A DNA stretch of 63,825 nt, filler included. It is 4 parts of 4 records of this genome, joined end to end, with 100 filler letters (N's around TTAATTAATTAA, not from the genome) between each part and the next. Parts side by side here need not be neighbours in the genome. Positions count along the whole stretch, not along the records: positions 30,048 to 42,307 come from SRR2962707_5070; 3 more parts are not named here. One strand, written 5' to 3'. Positions 29,948 to 40,884 of the stretch are shown here, one piece after another. Every line of letters begins with the position of its first letter. Position 1 is the first letter of the stretch. The notes below the pieces were generated by a model, which worked only from the letters and a program-made list of their open reading frames with translations, was not told the origin of the DNA and did no database searches. The position numbers and the translations under genes were made by a program.

Positions 29948-30047
29948 NNNNNNNNNNNNNNNNNNNNNNNNNNNNNNNNNNNNNNNNNNNNTTAATTAAT
30001 TAANNNNNNNNNNNNNNNNNNNNNNNNNNNNNNNNNNNNNNNNNNNN
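29948..30047. other. Artificial contig spacer
   Basis: N-run, TTAATTAATTAA (stops in all six frames), N-run; 100 nt. Confidence 0.98.
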
Positions 30048-30098
30048 AGAATGCGTCTAATTAATCGAACGACACTCCATCATGTGAACCGCTCTGCC

Positions 30099-31727
30099 TC
30101 AGGTGGTAGGAAGCTGATAATCCTTGAGTGTCTGTCGCAAGGTGGTCTTCTGGATCTTGCCGGTTGCAGTGTGCGGGATCTCGTCGATGAACAGAACATC
30201 GTCCGGCATCCACCATTTGGCGATCTTGCCTTCCAGGAAGTCGAGGATGGACTGCTTGTCCGGTGTCCGGCCTTCCTTGACCACGATTACCAGCAACGGC
30301 CGCTCGTCCCACTTGGGATGTGCGACGCCGATGACTGCAGCTTCGGCAACGTCGGGGTGTCCGACCGCGAGGTTCTCGATCTCGATCGAGGAAATCCATT
30401 CACCGCCTGACTTGATCACGTCCTTGGCCCGGTCGGTGATCTGCATGTAGCCGTAAGGATCGACATGCGCGACATCACCGGTGTCGAACCAGCCTTCCGC
30501 ATCGAATTGCTCGGCGCCGCGGCCCTTGTAGTAAGACGACGAAACCGCCGGTCCACGAACCTTGAGCCGGCCGAAGGTTTTGGCATCCCAGGGCAGTTCG
30601 TTGTTTTCATCGTCGGTGATTTTCATCTCCACCGTGAACGGCGGATGGCCCTGCTTGGCCTGCAGGTCAAGTTTTTCCTGTCCCTGAAGATGGCTGTATT
30701 CCGGTTTGATGGAGCACAGGGTTCCAAGCGGGCTCATTTCGGTCATGCCCCAGGCATGAATGACATCGACGCCATATTCGTCCTGGAAGGCTTTGGTGAT
30801 GGCTGGCGGGCAGGCTGAGCCGCCGATCACCACACGGGAAAGGTCGGGCAGCTTGCTGCCGTGTTTTTCCATGTGCTGGAGCAACATCAACCACACGGTC
30901 GGCACCGCGGCCGTGATTGTCACCTTCTCTTGCGTCAGGATTTCATAGATGGAAGCGCCGTCCATTCCCGCGCCGGGCATGATCATGGCGCAACCCGACA
31001 TCGGTCCGGAAAACGCGGTCGACCAGCCATTGGCATGAAACAGCGGGACCACCGGCATCAAACGATCGCGCGATGCCAGATTGAGCATGTCGGGCTGAAG
31101 TGCCGCCATCGCATGCAGCACATTGGAGCGGTGCGAATAGACCACGCCTTTCGGATCGCCGGTGGTGCCCGATGTGTAGCACATTCCCGCTGCTGTCCGT
31201 TCGTCGAAATCGGCCCAGGTGAAATCGCCATCGGCTTCGGCGATGTAGCTTTCATAGGACACGGCGTTGGTGAGCGATGTTTCCGGCATGTGCGCATCGT
31301 CGGTCAGGATCACGATGCGCTCGAGGCTTGGCACCTTGGGCGCAATCATCTCGATCAGCTTGACGAAGGTAAGATCGACAAACAGCATCTTGTCTTCGGC
31401 ATCGTTCATGATCCAGGCTATCTGGTCGGGAAACAGCCTTGGATTGAGCGTGTGATAGACAGCCCCGATCCCCAGGACGCCGTACCAGGCCTCAAGGTGC
31501 CGCCATGTGTTCCAGGCCATCGTCGCGATGCGATCACCGACGCGGCAGCCGTCCCGGTCAAGGCGCTGTGCAAGCTTGAGCGAGCGGGCGCGAATCTCTG
31601 CGTAGTTGGTTCGGTGGAATGGCCCTTCGATAGATCGAGACACGACTTCTCGCTGGCCGTGATAGATTGCCGCATGATCGATGACCTTGTGGCACAGCAA
31701 CGGCCAGTCTTGCATCATTCCAAGCAT
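30099..31727 (-). CDS. Medium/long-chain acyl-CoA ligase (AlkK/DmdB-like)
   Basis: [39 protein letters not shown]. Confidence 0.88.
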   Translation of the reverse strand: MLGMMQDWPLLCHKVIDHAAIYHGQREVVSRSIEGPFHRTNYAEIRARSLKLAQRLDRDGCRVGDRIATMAWNTWRHLEAWYGVLGIGAVYHTLNPRLFPDQIAWIMNDAEDKMLFVDLTFVKLIEMIAPKVPSLERIVILTDDAHMPETSLTNAVSYESYIAEADGDFTWADFDERTAAGMCYTSGTTGDPKGVVYSHRSNVLHAMAALQPDMLNLASRDRLMPVVPLFHANGWSTAFSGPMSGCAMIMPGAGMDGASIYEILTQEKVTITAAVPTVWLMLLQHMEKHGSKLPDLSRVVIGGSACPPAITKAFQDEYGVDVIHAWGMTEMSPLGTLCSIKPEYSHLQGQEKLDLQAKQGHPPFTVEMKITDDENNELPWDAKTFGRLKVRGPAVSSSYYKGRGAEQFDAEGWFDTGDVAHVDPYGYMQITDRAKDVIKSGGEWISSIEIENLAVGHPDVAEAAVIGVAHPKWDERPLLVIVVKEGRTPDKQSILDFLEGKIAKWWMPDDVLFIDEIPHTATGKIQKTTLRQTLKDYQLPTT

Positions 31728-32044
31728 ATGATCCCTCTTGATTTTTGTCCTCTTCCAGCTTCGGACAGTAGCGCCTCGAGGGGGGCGGAGACAATATCAG
31801 ATTATAGCCAAATTGATGTTTTGCATCTCTACGATTTTAGTATAGTCTTAAATAAAGCGTAACTCGAACTTGAGCCATTCAGTTTGGTTTCTTTTGTGTG
31901 CGTCGCCTCAAGGTGTGTTTGTTTGTAACAGACTAAGGATTGGATTGGTGGTTTGAAGTTCAGCGGTTTGGTAAGAGGTCATCGATCCGGGACAAATGCA
32001 TTGCCTTCGACAACGCGAAAACGCGCTGATTATCTGGTGCGTGC

Positions 32045-32779
32045 ATGAGTGCGCAAAGTCAGCAACAGCAAATACATCCAAGCCTCTGTGAACAATTACA
32101 AAATTGTGAGACTCAATTTGATATTCTCAGATTGTTGCGTTCGCTGACGTCTGCCTTCGGCTACCAGTATTTTTTTGTTGCCAATGGAGCAACTCCGGAA
32201 GAAAAGTCCTTTTCGGAAGCAATTGTCATCACCTCTGCACCCTCCGACCTGGTTCAGAGCCATGAAGCAAAACAGCCTGTTTCAAGCAACCCGCTGATTG
32301 GGATTCTGGGGCAGACCGGCGCACCTCTCGAATTCCGGCTGGATGACACGGCGGCATCCGCGCCAGCTGACTTCAGGTCGTTTCTGGAGGGTGTTTCCAG
32401 CGCTTATAATCTGGATTGCTCGTTTATTGTCCCTGTTCATCATCCCGACCACGGCCAATCAGTCGTCTTCTTTGTTGGCAAGCGGACTCCCATGAACATC
32501 AGTGAAACCGCTGAGCTCGCCCTGTATGCACATCTTGTACATCAAAGGCTGAGACAGGTTTCCGCCAGACCTTCAAAACCGGATTCGCCGCTGACCGAGC
32601 GGGAGCGTGAGTGTCTGATCTGGACCTCCGTTGGCAAGACATCGATCGAAATCGCCCAGATCCTCAGCCTGTCTGAACACACCGTCAATCACTACCTGAA
32701 CAACGCTGCCCGGAAGTTTGATGCGGTCAACCGTACGCAAGCCGTGGCGCATGGCTTGCGTTTCGGCTTTATCGAGTGA
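32045..32779 (+). CDS. LuxR-family solo regulator (autoinducer-binding-like domain plus HTH)
   Basis: LTERERECL.W...GKT..EIA.IL.LSEHTV; no luxI on the contig. Confidence 0.88.
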   Translation: MSAQSQQQQIHPSLCEQLQNCETQFDILRLLRSLTSAFGYQYFFVANGATPEEKSFSEAIVITSAPSDLVQSHEAKQPVSSNPLIGILGQTGAPLEFRLDDTAASAPADFRSFLEGVSSAYNLDCSFIVPVHHPDHGQSVVFFVGKRTPMNISETAELALYAHLVHQRLRQVSARPSKPDSPLTERERECLIWTSVGKTSIEIAQILSLSEHTVNHYLNNAARKFDAVNRTQAVAHGLRFGFIE

Positions 32780-32827
32780 TCAAACCGCTACTGGCACGGC
32801 AGATCAACCGGCAACAGCTGTGCTCTC

Positions 32828-34477
32828 CTATTGTGCAACAGGATACCAGTAGCGCGCATTGGCCTCTCCGCGAATGATCCTGACGTGTTGGTTGGCAAAT
32901 ACCCGGTAGGGATGGCTCCATTCGCCATCGGGCCATTGCACACGGATGGTCGCACGCTCGGAAACCCCCAGACCCAGATGCACAAACCCGCTCTGACCTG
33001 ACGCGTGGCCGCCGCCGATCTGTATTCTACGGGTCTGGGTGCGAGTACCGGTCCGGACAGAAATCAGCGAGCCCACGGCAGATGGATTTATCTTGCCGTT
33101 GTCGAGTTCGATCTTCACCCAGTTGCCCAGCGGCCGGTGACCCCACTCCGTTGCTGCGCCCAGATTGCGGAACAGGCTTGCGGGATGTTCGCGGTTGACG
33201 ACCAGCAGGTCGAGCATCCCGTCCATGTTGAAATCTTCGACGATTGCTCCGCGCCCACGCGTGTTGAGAGCGATGCCGGCCTCCATGCCTTTCTCGTGAA
33301 ATGTGTCATCAAAGCCACCAAGCAGCAGGTTGTCCGGGTCATAACTCGCAAAATCCGGCATCGCCTGCACATTGCCCTTGGCAATGAACAGGTCCGTCTT
33401 GGTGTCATTGTTGATGTCGGCGAATTCGCTGTGCCACCCCGTGGAAGGCTTGGAATCGCCTCCTGTATAGGGCCGGTGTGCGGTGGCGCCCAGTTCGAAG
33501 GCAATATCGCGATAGGTTGGCCGGTCTTCGCCGGCCTCGTCGTCGAGCTTTTGTACCTTGGTATCGCCCATCGACGTCAGCGCATATTCGGGCAAGCCGT
33601 CGGCGTCGAAATCGGTTTCAGCTATTCCCATGCCCCATACTGTCAGCCGCTGCCAGCCCTGCGAAGTGGTGTAGAGCCGCGGTGGACGCCCCTCGGACAT
33701 TTCCCACAATTGCTCTTCTCCACCGCGATAATACTGCCGGTCATTGGTTATCCTCAGATCTGGCTGGCCGGATCGGTTCCAGTCGGTAAACAGCAGCGAC
33801 AGGGCACAGTAGCCGGGTTCGAGCTGCAGCGGCTCCGAATAATCCGGCGTCTCTCCGGCGCGGGAGCGGAGCAGCTGGTTTGGCTCACAGGTGCCGAACG
33901 GTGTCCCCGGTGCAGACCGGTCGACATAATTGCCAATTGCGATGGTCGGGAACCGGCTGCCCTTCTCCCATATCGCCGACATGCCGGTCGTCCAGGCACG
34001 GCCACCGTCTATAGAAAAGCTGCGATTGGCTTTCTCGAACTGGCAGTCCGGACCGCCCTTGAGCACAAGATTTCGACCAAGCCGCAACAGAACCAGGTCC
34101 ATATGCCGGTCGTTGTCGATATCCAGCGGGTAGGCACCCAGCACGTGGTCGAGATCTTCTTCCTTCAGTCCGGTGTCCATCGGCTTGAAGGCCAGCGGAC
34201 CGCCGGTCTCGCTTTCATTGACGAAGAACTTTGCCGGCCCCGATCCGCCGGCAATCACCAGATCAGGAAGCCGGTCACCGTTGCAGTCAAAACTTGCCGC
34301 GCCGCCGCCGACGAAAAACTCCCATCCGCCAGTGTAGCTCTGATCAACACCGGCACTTGCGGCTTCTTCATGGAGAACTGGCACATCCGCCGTGAATGCG
34401 GATTGCGCGCTGGCGGAATGGCTCAAGCCGGTGAGCCAGATCACAGTCAGGGCGAAGAGGGGAAGCAATCTCATCAT
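32828..34477 (-). CDS. Secreted CRTAC1/ASPIC-UnbV family FG-GAP beta-propeller protein
   Basis: Signal peptide; repeats DCNGDRLPDL, DIDNDRHMDL, DFDADGLPE, DINNDTKTDL, DFNMDGMLDL; C-terminal HLGLG...VQWPDG. Confidence 0.88.
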   Translation of the reverse strand: MMRLLPLFALTVIWLTGLSHSASAQSAFTADVPVLHEEAASAGVDQSYTGGWEFFVGGGAASFDCNGDRLPDLVIAGGSGPAKFFVNESETGGPLAFKPMDTGLKEEDLDHVLGAYPLDIDNDRHMDLVLLRLGRNLVLKGGPDCQFEKANRSFSIDGGRAWTTGMSAIWEKGSRFPTIAIGNYVDRSAPGTPFGTCEPNQLLRSRAGETPDYSEPLQLEPGYCALSLLFTDWNRSGQPDLRITNDRQYYRGGEEQLWEMSEGRPPRLYTTSQGWQRLTVWGMGIAETDFDADGLPEYALTSMGDTKVQKLDDEAGEDRPTYRDIAFELGATAHRPYTGGDSKPSTGWHSEFADINNDTKTDLFIAKGNVQAMPDFASYDPDNLLLGGFDDTFHEKGMEAGIALNTRGRGAIVEDFNMDGMLDLLVVNREHPASLFRNLGAATEWGHRPLGNWVKIELDNGKINPSAVGSLISVRTGTRTQTRRIQIGGGHASGQSGFVHLGLGVSERATIRVQWPDGEWSHPYRVFANQHVRIIRGEANARYWYPVAQ

Positions 34478-35913
34478 GGGGCAATCACCAGGGTCTTGAG
34501 AAATGCGATCAGATCCGATTTCTCGGTTTGTGCCGCAGCCTCATAAGCATCACGCGCCTGGCGCCCGTTCCCGCCATGGGCAAGAATGATCTCGTCGAGA
34601 CTGCTGAAATCGTTACGGTGACCGTAAGGCTGGGTCGATCCCACGCCCCAGAGTTCCGCGGTCTGGAAGATGTTGCGGTCGACAAAGCGTTGCGACAGCA
34701 GTTCGTTGCCCAGTGCATCGATCTGGTTGTCGGTCATCACATGCCGCTTGAGATCGCCGAACAGCGGAACGAGTATCCGACCCTGGTCATCACGGGGCAG
34801 CCTCTTTGCCCAATCAAGCATCGCAATATCATAGACTGCCGCCGCGCCGACCTGCCCGTCATTGAGTGTGCCGGCGAGGTCAAATGGCCCGGGGTCCGCA
34901 AACGACAGGCTTTCCAGTGGCAGGGCAGGGCGATGACATGTGGTGCAGCCAAACGCTGTGAAGTTTGCCTCACCGCGAGCCGCTGCCTCGGCCCAGCCAT
35001 TGATCTCCGGAACCATCCGAACCGGAACTGGCAGGGTGGCTTGCCATGCCACCATGGCGGAGACATCTCCCGACGTGATTTCCCCGGTCTTGCCATCGGC
35101 ATCGAAATCGTCAGAGCCAGTCCAGCGTGCGCCAAACCGCTCGTCAGCCTGCATGCCATGGTGCTGGTTGAGCGCATTGATGGTGAATTGCCTTAGCGAG
35201 GTCATTACGCCCTTCTGGGTGAAAGGCCGGACCACCAGATCGGTATCAACACCGTCCAGTTCATCCAGATTGACCGAACCGTCCGGTTCTGCGGAGATGT
35301 ATCCGAAGTCAACGCCTTTGGCTTGCAGCCCGAGGCGCACGAGTTCACCGGTTGCGCGGGCTTGAGACAGGGCGTCATTGCGAACAGCCTGCAGCTCGAG
35401 GCTCATCTCGCGCGCCAACAATTCGACAAGGCCTGCGCCGAAAAGATGGTTTGTGCCGCGCTCGCTGGAAAACTGCGGGTCGAGCGAATCGAAATCAGCG
35501 CTCTCAAATCCTTCGGAGGCAAACACGTTGGCGACGAAATCTCCGGCGCCGCCGCTGGCGGGCTGGTTGTGGCAGGCTGCGCAGGAGCCGGCATCGGGCC
35601 CGGCAGTCCGGAAGAATGCCTGTTCGCGCGGGTGCTTGCGCCGGGTCGGATCAATGGCTTGCGTTGCCTCCGGTCGACCGACGCCGTCGAGCGTCGTGAA
35701 ACTGGCTTCAAACAGCGCCTTGCCGGTTTCGGTCAGTGTTCCGAGCTCGTCCTTGGACAGAACGCCGGTGGGCATTTCTGCCATTGCGCCCAAAGCCTGT
35801 GTCAGTTCCGCCCAGGGTTCATCGGCCAGCGCGTGCCCCATGATGGTAAGTTGCAGCGCCATTGCGGACGCAAGGCAGCGTCCCCATCGCCACCTGCCTG
35901 TCGAAGTGTTCAT
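34474..35913 (-). CDS. Di-heme c-type oxidoreductase (DHOR/DUF1111-like)
   Basis: Signal peptide, CAACH and CTTCH, LFGAGLVE, T..LWGVG, I.AHGG. Confidence 0.8.
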   Translation of the reverse strand: MNTSTGRWRWGRCLASAMALQLTIMGHALADEPWAELTQALGAMAEMPTGVLSKDELGTLTETGKALFEASFTTLDGVGRPEATQAIDPTRRKHPREQAFFRTAGPDAGSCAACHNQPASGGAGDFVANVFASEGFESADFDSLDPQFSSERGTNHLFGAGLVELLAREMSLELQAVRNDALSQARATGELVRLGLQAKGVDFGYISAEPDGSVNLDELDGVDTDLVVRPFTQKGVMTSLRQFTINALNQHHGMQADERFGARWTGSDDFDADGKTGEITSGDVSAMVAWQATLPVPVRMVPEINGWAEAAARGEANFTAFGCTTCHRPALPLESLSFADPGPFDLAGTLNDGQVGAAAVYDIAMLDWAKRLPRDDQGRILVPLFGDLKRHVMTDNQIDALGNELLSQRFVDRNIFQTAELWGVGSTQPYGHRNDFSSLDEIILAHGGNGRQARDAYEAAAQTEKSDLIAFLKTLVIAP

Positions 35914-37142
35914 GCGGCTCCTCCTTGCCCGGATATTTTGGGCGCGATGACATCCCGGTCGATCGCTGACATGGTGTGATTGAGATGGCCCTCGAAGACC
36001 AGGCGTTCCTCGTCCAGCGAAGCCGACATCTCGGGCGGTCCTTCGATCTGGACGCCAAGTGATGCCGAAAGTCCCTCATCGATGCCCGGTCGCATCAGAT
36101 CAAAGAAGCGCACCCCCGGACCTGTAAAGACCACCGGCATCTTGCCGTGAAGACTGATCAGGCGCGCCAGTCCGTTGCCGATGGCGGTGCCGGCGTCGCG
36201 AAAGGCAGACTTCGCCACGCGGTCGCCATGCCTGGCCTGAACAGCAATTTTCTCGATTTCGATAAAGGGCACGAAGTTGGCAGGAAGTGTGCTGGGCGGG
36301 ACTTTGAAGGCAGCCCGTAAAATGGCGTATGAACCGGCATAAGCCTCAATGCAGCCCTGAGAGCCGCAGCGGCACAGCGCGCCTCCATGGCTGTGAATCA
36401 TGTGACCAAACCCCGGCGCGCGGGCGCGGGGAGAGTGATAGCTGTCCGCGTGCACCACCCCAAGTCCGATCGAATGACCAAGAGACAGGGCTGCCAGGCG
36501 CGGAATGGGCTTGCCTTGCTTCTGGCTCAGCGAGCTGTGCAGCGCACTGGCGACCAGCAGGCTCTCATGGTTGAGCGTAACCTTTGCCTGCCAGTCCGGC
36601 GCAAGCGTCTTGCGCATGTCGATCTGCTGGCTTCCCAGTACGGATGACCACAGCAAAGTCGTGTTGTCATCCGCGACAAGGCCTTTGGATGAGATCGAAA
36701 TGGCCTTCAGGTCGTTGCGGGTGATCCGAGATTTTTCAGCCAGCTTGAAAAGTGCGGCGCGAATATCGGCGGCGAATGCCTCGACCTTTTGCCCGGCATT
36801 GTCCCGCTTTTCCTCGATGCGGTAGATCAGGGTGCCCGAATAATCGACCATGGAGTATTGAAGAACGTCCGACGATATCCTGATAAAGGCGGCATAGGCG
36901 GCAGACCGGCGTTGCTTGAACATGATACGTGGCCGGCCGCGTCCCCCAGCAGCCGGTGCCACCGTGCGTTCGATGACATTCTCGGTTTCAAGATCCTGTG
37001 TAATCGCCGTCACGGTCGCCGAAGCGAGCCCGGTCTCCTTTGCAAGATCGGTGTGTGACTGGCCAGTCCGGCGCCGCAAGGCTTCGAGCACGAGCGCACG
37101 GTTCTGCTGGCGAATAAGCTCTGTGCTGGATTTCGTCAGCAT
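35910..37142 (-). CDS. xylR: ROK-family transcriptional regulator (XylR-like)
   Basis: N-terminal HTH with GRGRP; FGH...CRCG..GCIE; divergent from xylF. Confidence 0.8.
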   Translation of the reverse strand: MLTKSSTELIRQQNRALVLEALRRRTGQSHTDLAKETGLASATVTAITQDLETENVIERTVAPAAGGRGRPRIMFKQRRSAAYAAFIRISSDVLQYSMVDYSGTLIYRIEEKRDNAGQKVEAFAADIRAALFKLAEKSRITRNDLKAISISSKGLVADDNTTLLWSSVLGSQQIDMRKTLAPDWQAKVTLNHESLLVASALHSSLSQKQGKPIPRLAALSLGHSIGLGVVHADSYHSPRARAPGFGHMIHSHGGALCRCGSQGCIEAYAGSYAILRAAFKVPPSTLPANFVPFIEIEKIAVQARHGDRVAKSAFRDAGTAIGNGLARLISLHGKMPVVFTGPGVRFFDLMRPGIDEGLSASLGVQIEGPPEMSASLDEERLVFEGHLNHTMSAIDRDVIAPKISGQGGAA

Positions 37143-37358
37143 GGTCGCCGCCGGTTCATTGCTGCAAATCAACTCCCGTTCTTCGCTGCATGACGGACCC
37201 GATCTTGTCGCCCGTTCCTCTCATGCTGCCCTCCCTAAACCGGATGGAAGCACATGTTATCTTCCGCCGGTTTGTCTGTCTTCAGGTTATCAGCTTTATC
37301 CCCGGCCTTGCCAGAGGGATTGAAAACGCCTTGCGCCCTCGGTGTGTTAGCGCCTGAG

Positions 37359-37408
37359 TTGACAGTATGGATCAAGCCTGACATTAATTTTCTCGACTGT
37401 CGAGAAAA
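37359..37408 (+). promoter_or_regulatory. xylF promoter with palindromic operator
   Basis: TTGACA at 37359; perfect TTTTCTCGAC-T-GTCGAGAAAA at 37388-37408. Confidence 0.7.
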
Positions 37409-37497
37409 AGCTCGTGCATTGGCTGCGGGTCGTGCAGTTGAATATTGGCCGGGCAGGGAGACCCCGTCCGGCAGGTCAAATTCTTTGGGAGGACTAC

Positions 37498-38529
37498 ATG
37501 AAATCGATTATCCATCTTCTGGCCGGATCGGCCCTTGCGCTCACCATGTCGACGGCAGCTTTTGCCAAGGACATGAAGATCGGCGTGTCCTGGTCTAACT
37601 TTCAGGAAGAACGCTGGAAGACTGACGAAGGCGCAATGAAGGCAGCGATCGAAGCTGCCGGCGACACTTATGTCTCCACTGACGCGCAGTCGTCGGCTGC
37701 CAAGCAGCTTTCCGACATCGAGAGCCTGATGGCTCAGGGCGTCAATGCACTTATCGTTCTGGCCCAGGACACACAGGCGATCATTCCTGCTGTTCAGGCA
37801 GCTGCCGACGAAAACGTGCCGGTCATCGCCTATGACCGTCTGATCGAAGACAGCCGCGCGTTCTATCTGACCTTTGACAACGTTGAAGTCGGTCGCATGC
37901 AGGCACGCGCTGTTCTGGCTGCGGCACCGAAGGGCAACTACGTCATGATCAAGGGATCGCCAACCGATCCGAACGCGGATTTCCTCCGTGGCGGTCAGCA
38001 GGAAATCCTGCAGTCGGCGATTGATTCCGGCGACATCAAGATCGTTGGCGAAGCCTACACTGACGGCTGGCTGCCGGCCAACGCCCAGCGCAACATGGAA
38101 CAGATCCTGACCGCTGAAGACAACAAGGTCGATGCTGTCGTGGCGTCGAATGACGGCACTGCAGGTGGCGCTGTCGCCGCCCTCACCGCGCAGGGCATGG
38201 AAGGCATTCCGGTCTCGGGCCAGGATGGCGATCACGCCGCACTCAACCGCGTTGCCAAGGGCACACAGACCGTCAGCGTCTGGAAGGACGCTCGCGCTCT
38301 GGGCAAGGCTGCCGGCGAAATCGCCGCCCAGCTGGCTGGCGGCACAGCCATGGCTGACGTTGCGGGAACCGCTGAGTGGACATCGCCTTCAGGCACCACA
38401 ATGACAGCAATGTTCCTGGCGCCTGTTCCGATCACCAAGGACAACCTGGACGCTGTTGTTGATGCCGGTTGGATCAGCAAGGATGATCTGTGTCAGGGTG
38501 TTTCCGGTGGTCCGGCCCCCTGTAACTAA
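37498..38529 (+). CDS. xylF: D-xylose ABC transporter substrate-binding protein
   Basis: IGVSWSNFQEERW, AYDRLI, FDN, SGQD; GGAGG RBS. Confidence 0.9.
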   Translation: MKSIIHLLAGSALALTMSTAAFAKDMKIGVSWSNFQEERWKTDEGAMKAAIEAAGDTYVSTDAQSSAAKQLSDIESLMAQGVNALIVLAQDTQAIIPAVQAAADENVPVIAYDRLIEDSRAFYLTFDNVEVGRMQARAVLAAAPKGNYVMIKGSPTDPNADFLRGGQQEILQSAIDSGDIKIVGEAYTDGWLPANAQRNMEQILTAEDNKVDAVVASNDGTAGGAVAALTAQGMEGIPVSGQDGDHAALNRVAKGTQTVSVWKDARALGKAAGEIAAQLAGGTAMADVAGTAEWTSPSGTTMTAMFLAPVPITKDNLDAVVDAGWISKDDLCQGVSGGPAPCN

Positions 38530-38615
38530 GACGTCACCTTTGTTGCAAATCATGTGAATAGTGTCTCCACCCTTCGGGGTGGGGGCACGAATTTGCATCT
38601 ATTCGGAAGACGGCC

Positions 38616-39917
38616 ATGACCGATACGCCAACTCCTGCGAGCGCGCCGCCGAAGTCGCGAAATTTTTTCTCCGCACTTGAACTTGATAACCGCCTGCTCG
38701 GAATGATCGGCGCATTCGTCGTGATCTGCCTGATCTTCAATTTCCTCACGGACGGGCGTTTCATGACGCCGCGCAACCTGTTCAACCTGACGATCCAGAC
38801 AGCGTCCGTCGGTATCATGGCGACGGGGATGGTGTTCGTAATCGTCACCCGCAACATTGACCTGTCGGTTGGCTCGCTTCTCGCCACCTGCTCGGCCATG
38901 ATGGCAATGACGCAGACTTGGCTCATGCCTGACTGGCTCGGCCTTGGCCTCAATCATCCGGCCACAATGCCGGTCGCGGTCGTCGTCGGTATTGTGGCGG
39001 GCATCGCAATCGGGGCTTTCCAGGGCTGGCTGATCGGCTACCTGACAATCCCGGCCTTCATCGTCACGCTCGGCGGTTACCTGATCTGGCGCAACGTCGC
39101 ATGGCACCTGACCAAGGGCCAGACGATTGGTCCGCTTGACGACAACTTCCAGCTTTTCGGCGGTATCAACGGAACGCTCGGCGAACACTGGAGCTGGGCT
39201 TTTGGCGCTCTCGCCATCGCTGCGGCGTTCTACGCTCTGTTCCAGATGCGACGCACCAGGGTGGCGCATGAATTCCCGGTCAAGCCGGTCTGGGCAGAAC
39301 TGGTCCTCGGTGGGTTCATCGCGGCTACGATCATCGGTTTCGTGGCGGTTCTGAATGCCTATGAAATTCCGACGGCCCGCCTGCAGCGCATTTTTGAAGC
39401 GCGCGGCGAAGTCATGCCCGAAGGTCTGGTTCAGGGCTATGGTATCCCGGTCTCGGTGCTGTTGCTGATTGTGATTGCTATCATCATGACGATTGTGGCC
39501 AGGCGGACCCGGCTTGGTCGATACATCTTCGCGACTGGCGGCAACCCGGAGGCGGCGTCGCTGGCCGGTATCAATACGCGGCTACTGACTGTGAAGGTTT
39601 TTGCCATCATGGGCGCATTGTGTGCCATCGCGGCCATCGTGGCGTCGTCGCGCCAGACGTTCCATTCCAACGATATCGGGACACTGGACGAGTTGCGCGT
39701 GATTGCCGCTGCGGTGATCGGCGGAACGGCGTTTGCGGGCGGAGTGGGCACGATCTACGGCGCCATTCTCGGCGCATTGATCATGCAGAGCCTGCAGTCG
39801 GGCATGGCCATGGTCGGTGTCGACGCGCCTTATCAGAACATGGTCGTCGGGTCCGTTCTCGTTCTCGCCGTCTTCATTGACATCCTCTACCGCCGCCGGA
39901 CGGGAGATAAAACATGA
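38616..39917 (+). CDS. xylH: Xylose ABC transporter permease
   Basis: [30 protein letters not shown]. Confidence 0.9.
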   Translation: MTDTPTPASAPPKSRNFFSALELDNRLLGMIGAFVVICLIFNFLTDGRFMTPRNLFNLTIQTASVGIMATGMVFVIVTRNIDLSVGSLLATCSAMMAMTQTWLMPDWLGLGLNHPATMPVAVVVGIVAGIAIGAFQGWLIGYLTIPAFIVTLGGYLIWRNVAWHLTKGQTIGPLDDNFQLFGGINGTLGEHWSWAFGALAIAAAFYALFQMRRTRVAHEFPVKPVWAELVLGGFIAATIIGFVAVLNAYEIPTARLQRIFEARGEVMPEGLVQGYGIPVSVLLLIVIAIIMTIVARRTRLGRYIFATGGNPEAASLAGINTRLLTVKVFAIMGALCAIAAIVASSRQTFHSNDIGTLDELRVIAAAVIGGTAFAGGVGTIYGAILGALIMQSLQSGMAMVGVDAPYQNMVVGSVLVLAVFIDILYRRRTGDKT

Positions 39918-40690
39918 CCGCTCCTCTCGTTGAAATGCGCGATATGGTGAAATCCTTTGGCGGCATCAAGGCCGTCGACCATGTCACGATTGATCTGTAT
40001 CCCGGTGAAGTGGTCGGCGTGCTTGGCCACAACGGAGCTGGCAAGTCCGTGTTGATGAAGATGCTGTCAGGCGCGTTGCAGCGCGATGGTGGCGAGATCT
40101 ACATCAATGGTGAAAAGGCAGAGATCAACAATCCGCGCGATGCGCGTGATTATCAGATCGAGACCATCTACCAGTACCTGGCACTTGCCGACAATCTCGA
40201 TGCCGCCTCTAACCTGTTTCTCGGCCGTGAGCTGGAGACGCGGGCAGGTTTCGTCGATGACGCGCAGATGGAAGCCGAGACCCGCAAGATCCTTGCCCGT
40301 CTCAATCCGAATTTCCGGCGCTTCCACACGCCGGTGTCGGGCCTGTCGGGTGGCCAACGGCAATCGGTTGCGATTGCGCGTGCCGTCTACTTCAATGCCA
40401 AGATCCTGATCATGGATGAGCCGACCGCCGCTCTGGGCGTACAGGAAACCCAGATGGTTGCCGAGTTGATCGAGCAGCTGAAATCGGAAGGCATCGGCAT
40501 CTTGCTGATCGACCACGACATTCATCAGGTGAAGATGTTGTGCGATCGGGCAAACGTCATGAAGAACGGCCAGCTGGTCGGAACAGTCAAGGTTGATGAG
40601 GTCACCGAGGACGACATGCTCGGCATGATCATCGCGGGCAAATGCCCGCCTAATGCCATACCCGGGCCGGGGGCTCTGCAGAACGCCTGA
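39914..40690 (+). CDS. xylG: Xylose ABC transporter ATP-binding protein (single domain)
   Basis: [20 protein letters not shown]. Confidence 0.88.
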   Translation: MTAPLVEMRDMVKSFGGIKAVDHVTIDLYPGEVVGVLGHNGAGKSVLMKMLSGALQRDGGEIYINGEKAEINNPRDARDYQIETIYQYLALADNLDAASNLFLGRELETRAGFVDDAQMEAETRKILARLNPNFRRFHTPVSGLSGGQRQSVAIARAVYFNAKILIMDEPTAALGVQETQMVAELIEQLKSEGIGILLIDHDIHQVKMLCDRANVMKNGQLVGTVKVDEVTEDDMLGMIIAGKCPPNAIPGPGALQNA

Positions 40691-40699
40691 AACGAATTC

Positions 40700-40729
40700 A
40701 AACCGGGGCTTTGGCCCCGGTTTTTTGTT
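40700..40729 (+). terminator. Rho-independent terminator of xylFHG
   Basis: AAACCGGGGC-TTTG-GCCCCGGTTT followed by a T-run. Confidence 0.85.
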
Positions 40730-40848
40730 GCGATGCCGCATAAATCCTAAGGCGCAGAACCTGCCAAAGGTTGGGTTTCAAATAAAGCTGCAATCTTACA
40801 ATGAGTTACATAAGTTTATCAGATGATAAATATTTTCGAATTTTTCTA

Positions 40849-40877
40849 TTGCAATGCAGCATAAACTGTTCCATATA
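40849..40877 (+). promoter_or_regulatory. Sigma70-like promoter of the sRNA
   Basis: TTGCAA-N17-CATATA in AT-rich DNA just upstream of the first hairpin. Confidence 0.55.
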
Positions 40878-40884
40878 TCAATCA

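Noticed and set aside
29992-30003. TTAATTAATTAA repeated three times in the window
   Set aside because: Identical each time and embedded in N-runs: a synthetic six-frame-stop linker
29747-31727. Link between the truncated amidohydrolase and the acyl-CoA ligase
   Set aside because: They lie on different contigs separated by a spacer
30099-31727. Firm dmdB (DMSP demethylation) assignment
   Set aside because: Family resemblance only; no dmdA, dmdC or dmdD nearby
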